Source of the DNA: a virus | Lineage: Duplodnaviria; Heunggongvirae; Uroviricota; Caudoviricetes | Length of the DNA stretch: 13,647 nucleotides | IMG/VR virus record: IMGVR_UViG_2671181019_000008 | Direction: 5' to 3' (one strand) | Shown here: positions 1 to 6,797 of the stretch, one piece after another | How positions within the stretch are numbered: the stretch's first letter is position 1 | How the letters are laid out: each line of letters begins with the position of its first letter | Translations under genes and position numbers: made by a program | The notes under the pieces: model-generated | Database searches by the model: none | What the model saw: the letters and a program-made list of their open reading frames with translations, nothing else | What the model was told of the DNA's origin: nothing

Positions 1-104
1 AGAGCGGGAAAAAATTAAAGGGCAGGCTCTTGAACTCGTACGCCAGAGTGGGCGCGAGACGTTACGACAACTGGAGGCTAAAACTGGGGCAACAAGATAT
101 CTGA
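1..104 (+). CDS. 3' end of an upstream early-region gene (partial; function not determined)
   Basis: Open frame from the window edge (codons from nt 3) ending ...RYDNWRLKLGQQDI with TGA at 102-104, overlapping the ATG at 104 of the next gene (TGATG coupling). Confidence 0.35.
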   Translation, partial: SGKKLKGRLLNSYARVGARRYDNWRLKLGQQDI

Positions 105-400
105 TGAGCGTTCTGGCCAGAGAGCTGGTTGCCAGTGGCGATGTATACAACTCTGGTTACGGGTTATTCCCGTCTGAACAGGCGCGTAAGGACTGGCAAA
201 ATGCCCGTAAAAAGCTCTCAAGGGCAAAGCTGAAGAAACCATCTGCGGTTGATCCGGACCTTATCTGGTCATTACCTGACGGAGAAATACGTCGCTACGA
301 CAGGCGCCTGAATATAATCTGTCGCGAGTGCCGGAAGAGTGAAGCTATGCAGCGTGTACTGGCGTTTTATCAGGGGAATTTTGAGGAGGTGGTGCGGTGA
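104..400 (+). CDS. ren: Ren-like protein (lambda Ren family)
   Basis: 98-aa ORF. C-terminal segment CRECRKSEAMQRVLAFY matches the lambda Ren C-terminus as I recall it (KECRQSAAMKRVLAVY); position after the replication module fits. Not verified by search. Confidence 0.6.
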   Translation: MSVLARELVASGDVYNSGYGLFPSEQARKDWQNARKKLSRAKLKKPSAVDPDLIWSLPDGEIRRYDRRLNIICRECRKSEAMQRVLAFYQGNFEEVVR

Positions 401-651
401 GTGAATCAAAATGCCAGGTTAATGGCAACAAGATAGAACCATGTGCAGCACTGGCAAAGTCCCTTGAGCGTGATGCTGAATACACGATGCGAAAAGGTCT
501 GCTGATATACAAAATCTGGAATGAGAGTTTAACTCGCGGTCCTGATTTTGTGATGTTGCGTTCCGGTGAATTTTCTAAATTACCAGTTCGGGTTTCATTT
601 TGTCCGTTCTGTGGTGAAAGTCTGAAAACGTGGGAGAACAGAAATGAATGA
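397..651 (+). CDS. Hypothetical small protein with C-terminal CPFC motif (possible zinc ribbon)
   Basis: 84-aa ORF. GTG start at 397 overlaps the ren stop (GTGA) and has a strong SD GAGGAGG 6 nt upstream. Confidence 0.5.
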   Translation: MSESKCQVNGNKIEPCAALAKSLERDAEYTMRKGLLIYKIWNESLTRGPDFVMLRSGEFSKLPVRVSFCPFCGESLKTWENRNE

Positions 652-955
652 AATTAAAGAAATACCAGTAGTACGTGATGAATATGGCTACTGGACGCAT
701 CCTGAATATGAAAAATTCTGTGACGGTCGGGAATATATTTCAACGGAAGAGTTTAACGCCTGGATGGAGGAAAATAATCTTCAATACGTCCTCTGCTTCA
801 GAGATGAAGGATGTGCTGACCTTGATGCGTGTGATGCTGATATTTCTGCATGGGAACCGGAACGACCAGAGGGCAATGGATGGTTTATTGGTTCAATACA
901 TGACACCGAAGATGGCCCGGTTTGTGTATGGCTGAGAAATAAGGCCGAAGCATAA
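644..955 (+). CDS. Hypothetical phage protein (103 aa, acidic)
   Basis: ATG at 644 overlaps the previous stop (649-651); SD GGGAG 7 nt upstream. Confidence 0.55.
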   Translation: MNEIKEIPVVRDEYGYWTHPEYEKFCDGREYISTEEFNAWMEENNLQYVLCFRDEGCADLDACDADISAWEPERPEGNGWFIGSIHDTEDGPVCVWLRNKAEA

Positions 956-1083
956 AGGCTATAAACCGACTAACAACTAAATACTGAAGATTTAAATCAG
1001 AAACGATTTTTATTAAATCCTTAACCGGAGGGATTCCTGCACCCTCAGAACATCAGGAGGCCGTCCGAAAGGGCGGTAGTGAA

Positions 1084-1266
1084 ATGCGAAAATTCAAAAT
1101 AATTATTGAAACGGGAATAGCCGGTGGAGATTTCGAGGATGAATTCGAAGTGGATGATGATGCAACACCAGATGAAATACAGGATGAAGCTAAAGATATT
1201 TTCTTTAACTACTGCAATTACTCATACCACGAAATAAAAGACGAAGAGGAAGAACAAAATGGCTGA
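1084..1266 (+). CDS. Hypothetical highly acidic small protein (60 aa)
   Basis: ORF in the supplied track; D/E-rich; first gene after the 956-1083 intergenic gap. SD weak. Confidence 0.4.
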   Translation: MRKFKIIIETGIAGGDFEDEFEVDDDATPDEIQDEAKDIFFNYCNYSYHEIKDEEEEQNG

Positions 1267-1435
1267 TTTTGGTTCAACTAAATATAACGCCAGTTTTGAA
1301 GAATGGCATGAACTGTTAATGGATTATGCAGAGTTACGCGGTGGAAGTGCCGCTGATGCTGAAGCATGGCGTGATGATTATGAAGCAGGGAAAACACCGG
1401 TCGAAGCATATTGTGATGAGTGGGGCGATGAATGA
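1259..1435 (+). CDS. Hypothetical small protein (58 aa; below the ORF-track cutoff)
   Basis: ATG 1259 overlaps the stop of the 1084-1266 gene; SD GAGGAAG 6 nt upstream; stop 1433-1435 overlaps the next ATG (ATGA). Manual translation MADFGSTKYNASFEEWHELLMDYAELRGGSAADAEAWRDDYEAGKTPVEAYCDEWGDE. Confidence 0.4.
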   Translation: MADFGSTKYNASFEEWHELLMDYAELRGGSAADAEAWRDDYEAGKTPVEAYCDEWGDE

Positions 1436-1791
1436 GCGAGATTAATTATCAGGAAGGGCATGAAAAGGCAGGGCAGGCAAAACCAGTGGCATGGCGATAT
1501 CGCTACGTGAAAAAAGGCGTTACAGACTTTCAGGGGAAGCAGTGGGTTGGTGACTGGAAATATGTCCCGACAAAAGAGGATTGTAACGACAGACCAAACT
1601 ATGAAATTCAGGCGTTATTCACGGCCCCGCCAGCTTCGGTGACATCAGAAGGACTGGTTAAAGCTGTGCGCTTTTATGAACAGGTACGGCGTGAGGATCC
1701 GCCAGTTGAAACCGGAGCATGGAAAGACGCTATTGACTGGGTACTCAAGGAGGCCTGCCTGGTTGTAAACACGGGCATCAAAGGAGGCTGA
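1432..1791 (+). CDS. Hypothetical phage protein (119 aa)
   Basis: ATG overlaps the upstream stop; uninterrupted ORF in the coupled chain. Confidence 0.55.
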   Translation: MSEINYQEGHEKAGQAKPVAWRYRYVKKGVTDFQGKQWVGDWKYVPTKEDCNDRPNYEIQALFTAPPASVTSEGLVKAVRFYEQVRREDPPVETGAWKDAIDWVLKEACLVVNTGIKGG

Positions 1792-2007
1792 ATGGGTATT
1801 GCCGCAAGTTATACCATGCATCTCTATTGTGATTGCCGCCAGTGTACGGATGGCAAATATCAGTCGCCAGATTTTGGTGAGTATATCGGTACGTCATGGG
1901 CTGGCTGTGCAAAAGAGGCACGTAAAGATGGGTGGCGAATAAGTGCCGACAAAACGCGTGCTTTTGCGCCAGGGCATAAAATTTTGAGGAGCAACAAAGG
2001 AGAGTGA
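1792..2007 (+). CDS. Hypothetical Cys-rich small protein (71 aa)
   Basis: ATG immediately follows the upstream stop; SD AAGGAGG 4-5 nt upstream; CxC...C...C pattern. Confidence 0.5.
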   Translation: MGIAASYTMHLYCDCRQCTDGKYQSPDFGEYIGTSWAGCAKEARKDGWRISADKTRAFAPGHKILRSNKGE

Positions 2008-2008
2008 T

Positions 2009-2227
2009 GTGCCTACATTATTCAGAAAAGAATATCCGCGAAAAAGTAGAGCGACAGAATTTTTGTTTCTCATTCTGTTTATCGTGTTGATGATACCGAT
2101 ATCCCCGTTAATTCTGGTATGGGGAATCGGAAAAATAATTGAGCCAGTTATTGAATTGTATAACGACGTGGTATGGGCTCCGTTCAACACACTGCACAAT
2201 AAAATTAATCCGTATAAGGAAAACTGA
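2009..2227 (+). CDS. Hypothetical small membrane protein (72 aa, one predicted TM helix)
   Basis: GTG start 2 nt after the upstream stop; SD AAAGGAGAG; hydrophobic stretch FLFLILFIVLMIPISPLILVWGIG. Confidence 0.45.
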   Translation: MPTLFRKEYPRKSRATEFLFLILFIVLMIPISPLILVWGIGKIIEPVIELYNDVVWAPFNTLHNKINPYKEN

Positions 2228-2228
2228 T

Positions 2229-2492
2229 ATGGCAACTTTGACAAAAAAAGAACAGGCATGGTTGAACGAATTACAGGACGTTCTTGATCGCTGTCCATCA
2301 CCGAAAAAAATTGGTTTTTACACCATTGGCGATAAAAGCATTTACCTGTATGACCTGCGCCGCATGGATGAAATCATGGAGGCTCTTGATAATCGTTCGT
2401 CGATGGATTGGTGTGTTGCTGTTCATGATATGAATGCAGGGTTTGATGAAAAGATTTTGTTCCCCTCATCAGTTGAAAGCACTGCGGGTTAA
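2229..2492 (+). CDS. Hypothetical protein (87 aa)
   Basis: Internal ATG of track ORF 2139-2492 preferred: SD AAGGAAA 5 nt upstream and it begins 2 nt after the previous stop. Confidence 0.5.
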   Translation: MATLTKKEQAWLNELQDVLDRCPSPKKIGFYTIGDKSIYLYDLRRMDEIMEALDNRSSMDWCVAVHDMNAGFDEKILFPSSVESTAG

Positions 2493-2502
2493 GGAGTAAC
2501 AC

Positions 2503-2670
2503 ATGACCACTATTACCAAAGAACGTATTGAATTGTTCATTAAAAACCCGCTTGAAAACGGGCTTACCCGTGGTGAACAAATGGAACTGGCACGGATTGC
2601 GCTGGCATCGCTGGAAGCAGAGCCGGTTGTGTTCTGGTTTGAAAAATATCAAGAAGGGGCTACGGCATGA
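2503..2670 (+). CDS. Hypothetical small protein (55 aa; below the ORF-track cutoff)
   Basis: SD AAGGAG 6 nt upstream of ATG 2503; stop overlaps the next ATG (ATGA). Carries an [10 protein letters not shown] motif that recurs in the next gene. Confidence 0.4.
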   Translation: MTTITKERIELFIKNPLENGLTRGEQMELARIALASLEAEPVVFWFEKYQEGATA

Positions 2671-3011
2671 CGACTTTTACCAGAGAGCAGTTAATAGCTC
2701 ACGCAGAGGAGACTATTGAAGCACAGAGACTGTGCATACCGGGCACAATCGACCATGACATCATCCGCACATATAAGATGGATATTGCTGTTCTGGAAAT
2801 CGCACTGGTATCGCTGGCAGCAGAGCCAGCCGGTAAATTGCATGAATACAAACCAGTGGGATATCAGCGTCTGGTCGATGAGTTAACCATGCTGGTAAAG
2901 CAGTTAACCTGGCAACTGAGGAAAGCGAAGCCAGACTGCAAATTACCGGATAAGGCGATGAGTTATCTGGAGCGGAACGGACTGATAAGCGTGGAGGATA
3001 TTTTACGATGA
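2667..3011 (+). CDS. Hypothetical protein (114 aa)
   Basis: ORF in the supplied track, coupled to the upstream gene; contains [10 protein letters not shown]. Confidence 0.5.
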   Translation: MTTFTREQLIAHAEETIEAQRLCIPGTIDHDIIRTYKMDIAVLEIALVSLAAEPAGKLHEYKPVGYQRLVDELTMLVKQLTWQLRKAKPDCKLPDKAMSYLERNGLISVEDILR

Positions 3012-3091
3012 CCTGGCCTGAAGCATTAACAACGGTAGGAATTGCGATGGCGGTGGCGCTGGTGGTGTATTCGATTTGCCGCTGGGGATAA
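3008..3091 (+). CDS. Possible 27-aa hydrophobic micro-protein
   Basis: ATG 3008 overlaps the upstream stop (ATGA); translation [27 protein letters not shown] has one TM-like segment. Very short, so speculative. Confidence 0.25.
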   Translation: MTWPEALTTVGIAMAVALVVYSICRWG

Positions 3092-3302
3092 AAACGGTTT
3101 GCGGGAAAAGGAGAGTTAAGTAGAATTGCAGCGGGTGCTTGAGGCTATCTGTCTCAGGCATGAACACCAAAAGGCAGATAGAGAAAAGCCCCAGTTAACA
3201 TTACGCGTCCGGCAAGACGCTTAACATTAATCTGAGGCCATATCTATGCTCTACACACGTAGGTTAGCCTCTTACGTGCCGAAAGGCAAGGAGAAGCAGG
3301 CT

Positions 3303-3458
3303 ATGAAGCAGCAAAAGGCGATGCTAATCGCCCTGATCGTCATCTGTTTAACCGTCATTGTGACGGCACTGGTAACGAGGAAAGACCTCTGCGAGGTACG
3401 AATCCGAACCGGCCAGACGGAGGTCGCTGTCTTCACAGCTTACGAACCTGAGGAGTAA
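3303..3458 (+). CDS. hokD: Hok/Gef-family type I toxin (51 aa), HokD/RelF-like
   Basis: MKQQKAMLIALIVICLTVIVTALVTRKDLCEVRIRTGQTEVAVFTAYEPEE has the Hok/Gef signature (TM helix, LTRK.LCE.R, TEVA.F.AYE) and matches E. coli HokD/RelF as I recall it. SD AAGGAGAAG upstream. Track ORF 3246-3458 is an in-frame upstream extension. Confidence 0.85.
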   Translation: MKQQKAMLIALIVICLTVIVTALVTRKDLCEVRIRTGQTEVAVFTAYEPEE

Positions 3459-3526
3459 GAGACCAGGCGAGGGAGAAATCCCTCGCCACCTCTGATGTGT
3501 CAGGCATCCTCAACGCACCCGCACTT

Positions 3527-3548
3527 AACCCGCTTCGGCGGGTTTTTT
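3527..3548 (+). terminator. Rho-independent terminator after hok; first copy of an exact 23-bp repeat
   Basis: CCCGC-TTCG-GCGGG stem-loop followed by T6. It is preceded by a perfect 9-bp stem GGCGAGGGA-gaaa-TCCCTCGCC at 3466-3487. The 23 bp TAACCCGCTTCGGCGGGTTTTTT (3526-3548) recur exactly at 5361-5383. Confidence 0.75.
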
Positions 3549-3549
3549 A

Positions 3550-3600
3550 TTGGTTGACAAAATTATGAATATGCACCAATATCTTGGTTGACAAAAGTCG
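3550..3600 (+). promoter_or_regulatory. Candidate promoter/operator of the cargo operon with tandem 13-bp direct repeats
   Basis: TTGGTTGACAAAA at 3550-3562 and again at 3584-3596 (34 bp apart); each contains a consensus -35 hexamer TTGACA. The region sits directly upstream of gene A. Confidence 0.5.
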
Positions 3601-3631
3601 TTTTTTGCACGGATTAGGCGGAGAAGTGTCT

Positions 3632-4225
3632 ATGCAGAACCATCCATTCCCTTGGGAGTTCTTTCCTGAGTTAACAGAGGAGCGTTTAACCATTATAGCT
3701 GAGGAGTTGCTCAGGATACAGGATATTACTCATGAGTTATTGTCATCGCCCTATGATGATAATTACACTCGTGGTGGTTGTACATTTGGGCGTCAGCGGC
3801 AGGCGTTGCTACAAATGTGCGTACGAAAGACATATGACTGGTTAAGACTACTTAATCCTGGCATGGATCTTACGTTTTCAATTGGGAATGTCCCTATTCG
3901 TTTCTTTACTGATGACGCAGATAACCCCAAGAAACGCGGTTTTTTCAAAAGAAATGATGCTGATCGACTCTTTGAGTCAGAGGAGACTACTCCAACTATG
4001 CATCGCTTTGTGGTTGAAAAGCCTGAATTTGAAGGCGAGGGTGGTAGAGTCATTTTTAATGGCTATAACGTGTTTGGTGAGATCGTGTCAACTTGGACAT
4101 ATGGTGCGGACCGTGTTGTTATGCTGAACTCTGTCGATGATGTACCTCCAGCACCGGTACCTATCGAACTAGAACCTATCAGTGCGTCTAAGACTGAGAA
4201 GGAAAAGAAACAAAATAGCAAATAG
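3632..4225 (+). CDS. Hypothetical protein, first gene of the cargo operon (197 aa from ATG 3632; no recognisable motif)
   Basis: Track ORF 3584-4225 begins with TTG inside the promoter repeat; ATG 3632 has SD GGAG 8 nt upstream. Appears less G+C-rich than the backbone (by eye). Confidence 0.6.
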   Translation: MQNHPFPWEFFPELTEERLTIIAEELLRIQDITHELLSSPYDDNYTRGGCTFGRQRQALLQMCVRKTYDWLRLLNPGMDLTFSIGNVPIRFFTDDADNPKKRGFFKRNDADRLFESEETTPTMHRFVVEKPEFEGEGGRVIFNGYNVFGEIVSTWTYGADRVVMLNSVDDVPPAPVPIELEPISASKTEKEKKQNSK

Positions 4226-4235
4226 TGGGTGAAAT

Positions 4236-5357
4236 GTGTTTAACGGTACTAATTTAAGACTTGCTCGTCTGTATCACGAGCTATCTCTGGAGCAGGTTGC
4301 TGAGAAGGTTGAAAAAACACGCCAGTATGTACAGCGACTGGAGTCTGGTTCAGCTACTCCATCCCCAGAGCTTATAAATAAATTAGCCGAGGTTTTGCGC
4401 GTGAAGCCCGCCTTTTTCGAAGGGCAGGAACATTCTCCTGTTAATGAAGAGATTGTACATTTTCGTAAACGCGCCTCGACAAGGATGTCAACGAAGCTAT
4501 CAACACTCGCTAAGGCTGAGTTTTATCGTCGTTTTATTGATGTATTTGAAGATAACCTTAATTTGTCACCTGTTCGATTTCCTGAATTTCGTGTCCATAC
4601 ACAAGAAGATATCGAGCGAGCGGCAGAAAAATGTCGTATTGAGTGGGGCTTAGGCTTTGGCCCAATTGAAAATATGACTCGCCTTGCCGAGAAACTTGGG
4701 GCGTTTGTTACTTCATTTGACTCCGTTTCGGATGAAGTAGATGCACTGTCTGTTCCTCTGCGAAGGCCTTTTATTGTTCGAAATACAGCTAAAAATTCAC
4801 CTTGTAGGCAACGCTTTGATATTGCTCATGAGGTTGCCCATTTGATTCTTCATGAAGGAATTTCTACTGGGGATAGATTAACTGAATCCCAGGCAAACCG
4901 TTTTGCCTCTGCTCTGTTGCTTCCCAGAACGTCGATGGCGAAATATTTTCCAAGACCTGTGGGGGGGAGGATAAATTGGCAGGGACTAAGCCAATTTAAG
5001 TTGACATGGAAAGTAAGTAAGGCTGCCATTGTTTACAGGGCTCATCAATTAGGACTTTTGACTGATGAGCAGTACAGAACTGCATTTATGGGGTTGAAAC
5101 GGAAAGGGGAAGCTATTGATGAAAAAGAAGATTATCTAATCCCTCATGAGCGTCCTGAGTTATTCCGTCGGGCTTTATCGTTTTTATTTGAAGAGTTAGG
5201 ATACGACCCACAGCGTATAGCTGATGAAATGGATATAGAAGTGGACATTTTTTATGAGTTAGTAGGAGATGATCTTCCTGCGGTTCATGAACTGCCAGGA
5301 AGTGGTGATGTTGTTTCACTACAATCTTACCGAACTCTTAGAGGCAAAATTCACTAG
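4236..5357 (+). CDS. Fusion protein: N-terminal XRE-family HTH plus C-terminal ImmA/IrrE-type (M78-like) HExxH metallopeptidase domain
   Basis: N-terminus LRLARLYHELSLEQVAEKVEKTRQYVQRLESG fits an XRE helix-turn-helix. HEVAH at nt 4827-4841, within FDIAHEVAHLILHEG, is a zinc-peptidase HExxH motif. Starts 10 nt after gene A. Confidence 0.75.
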   Translation: MFNGTNLRLARLYHELSLEQVAEKVEKTRQYVQRLESGSATPSPELINKLAEVLRVKPAFFEGQEHSPVNEEIVHFRKRASTRMSTKLSTLAKAEFYRRFIDVFEDNLNLSPVRFPEFRVHTQEDIERAAEKCRIEWGLGFGPIENMTRLAEKLGAFVTSFDSVSDEVDALSVPLRRPFIVRNTAKNSPCRQRFDIAHEVAHLILHEGISTGDRLTESQANRFASALLLPRTSMAKYFPRPVGGRINWQGLSQFKLTWKVSKAAIVYRAHQLGLLTDEQYRTAFMGLKRKGEAIDEKEDYLIPHERPELFRRALSFLFEELGYDPQRIADEMDIEVDIFYELVGDDLPAVHELPGSGDVVSLQSYRTLRGKIH

Positions 5358-5361
5358 GCAT

Positions 5362-5383
5362 AACCCGCTTCGGCGGGTTTTTT
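5362..5383 (+). terminator. Rho-independent terminator after the cargo operon; second exact copy of the 23-bp repeat
   Basis: TAACCCGCTTCGGCGGGTTTTTT at 5361-5383, 4 nt after the stop at 5357; identical to 3526-3548. Confidence 0.75.
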
Positions 5384-5458
5384 GTTTTACGTATTCTGGT
5401 TTACAATCTACAGGCCAGCCTGAACAACTGGCACCTGCTGCGCCAGCAGAGAAAGACG

Positions 5459-5737
5459 ATGGCGCACAATACCAAATCACACAATTCTGATAATTCAGCT
5501 GTCTTTGCCAGCAGGCACGGGCGGCGTTCCCGCACATTCAAATCTGATTGGTACCAGCATCCCCCATGTACTGAAGAACAAGCTGAATGGCTAATTCAGT
5601 GCTACCGCAGACACGGATACGAGATTAAGAAAGCCCTCAGCCTCGATTATCGTCACTGGATAATCTCCGTCAGGCTTCCTTACTCTGAACGCCCACCGCG
5701 TCCGTCCCGCACATTCCAGCAACGCATCTGGAGGTAA
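5459..5737 (+). CDS. Hypothetical protein (92 aa), possibly Rem-like by position
   Basis: ORF in the supplied track, immediately upstream of the DUF968 gene; the Rem assignment is by gene order only. Confidence 0.4.
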   Translation: MAHNTKSHNSDNSAVFASRHGRRSRTFKSDWYQHPPCTEEQAEWLIQCYRRHGYEIKKALSLDYRHWIISVRLPYSERPPRPSRTFQQRIWR

Positions 5738-5738
5738 C

Positions 5739-6785
5739 GTGCGGGTATTACTTCGACCTGTTCTGGTACCGGAACTCGGGCTGGTGATCGTTAAGCCGGG
5801 CCGTGAATCCATGCCGGTATTCCACAATACCCGGGTACTGGTGGAGCCGGAACCGAAAAGCATGCGTAATCTGTCGTCCGGGGTCGTTCCTGCCGTTCGC
5901 CAGCCGCTGGCGGAGGATAAATCATTACTGCCATTTTTCAGCGACGAACGAGTGAATCGTGCTGCTGGTGGCGCTGGCGCATTGTCTGACTGGTTACTGC
6001 GCCATGTTAAATCCTGCCAGTGGCCACACGGCGATTATCACCACAGTGAAACCGTCATTCACCGTTATGGTACCGGCGCAATGGTGTTGTGCTGGCACTG
6101 CGACAACCAGCTGCGCGACCAGACCTCCGAATCACTCGGGCAACTTGCTCACCAAAACCTGTCTGCATGGATGATTGACGTCATACGCCATGCAATGAAT
6201 GGCTCGCAGGAACGGGAATTATCGCTGGCTGAATTATCCTGGTGGGCGGTCCGCAATCAGGTGGCGGACGCGCTACCGGAAGCGGTATTACGTCGTTCGC
6301 TGGGGTTGCGTGCGGAAAAAATCCGCTCAATGTACCGTGAAAGCGACATCGTACCGGGAGAGCAGACCGCCACCAGCATACTGAAGCAGCGCACAAAAAA
6401 TCTTGCGCCGCTGCCTCACGCCCACCAGCAAAACCCGCCACAGGAAGAGACGGTGGTCAGCATTGCCGTTGATCCTGAGTCTCCGGAATCTTTCATGAAA
6501 CGACCTAAACGTCGCCGCTGGGTTAACGAGAAATACACACGCTGGGTGAAGACACAGCCGTGTGCGTGTTGTGGTAAGCCAGCCGACGATCCCCATCACC
6601 TGATTGGTCATGGTCAGGGCGGAATGGGGACAAAATCTCACGATATTTTCACGCTACCGCTGTGTCGGGAGCATCACAACGAGCTTCATGCGGATCCGCT
6701 GGCGTTCGAAGAAAAGCATGGTTCTCAGGTTGATTTAATTTTTCGTTTTCTTGATCACGCCTTTGCAACTGGCGTGCTTGGGTAA
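5739..6785 (+). CDS. DUF968-family protein (YdfU-like) with C-terminal Cys/His HNH-like cluster
   Basis: 348-aa ORF; GTG 5739 has SD GGAGG 4 nt upstream (alternative ATG at 5811). C-terminus CACCGKPADDPHHLIGHG...LCREHHNELH. Position upstream of rusA and Q. Confidence 0.65.
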   Translation: MRVLLRPVLVPELGLVIVKPGRESMPVFHNTRVLVEPEPKSMRNLSSGVVPAVRQPLAEDKSLLPFFSDERVNRAAGGAGALSDWLLRHVKSCQWPHGDYHHSETVIHRYGTGAMVLCWHCDNQLRDQTSESLGQLAHQNLSAWMIDVIRHAMNGSQERELSLAELSWWAVRNQVADALPEAVLRRSLGLRAEKIRSMYRESDIVPGEQTATSILKQRTKNLAPLPHAHQQNPPQEETVVSIAVDPESPESFMKRPKRRRWVNEKYTRWVKTQPCACCGKPADDPHHLIGHGQGGMGTKSHDIFTLPLCREHHNELHADPLAFEEKHGSQVDLIFRFLDHAFATGVLG

Positions 6786-6797
6786 AAGAGGTGACTG

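Noticed and set aside
675-935. 86-aa + strand ORF in an alternative frame
   Set aside because: Lies entirely inside the better-supported 644-955 gene, which has an SD and start coupling.
1894-2301. 135-aa minus-strand ORF
   Set aside because: Antisense to a run of coupled + strand genes with good SDs; no start signal of its own; likely a shadow ORF.
2374-2652. 92-aa minus-strand ORF
   Set aside because: Overlaps + strand genes 2229-2492 and 2503-2670; no ribosome-binding site; likely spurious.
3584-3631. N-terminal extension of cargo gene A from a TTG start
   Set aside because: The TTG sits inside the TTGGTTGACAAAA promoter repeat; the downstream ATG 3632 has a proper SD.
3793-4127. Minus-strand 86-aa ORF and + strand 81-aa alternative-frame ORF inside cargo gene A
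   Set aside because: Both are embedded in the longer gene A reading frame and lack start signals.
4444-4653. 69-aa alternative-frame ORF inside the HTH-peptidase gene
   Set aside because: Embedded in a 373-aa ORF with clear domain motifs.
5113-5537. Minus-strand ORFs (68 and 72 aa) and a + strand 73-aa ORF across the 3' end of gene B and the terminator
   Set aside because: They run through the terminator hairpin at 5362-5383 or antisense to gene B; no SDs.
5591-6641. Several minus-strand and alternative-frame ORFs within the DUF968 gene
   Set aside because: All nested in the 348-aa ORF; typical frame shadows in G+C-rich coding DNA.
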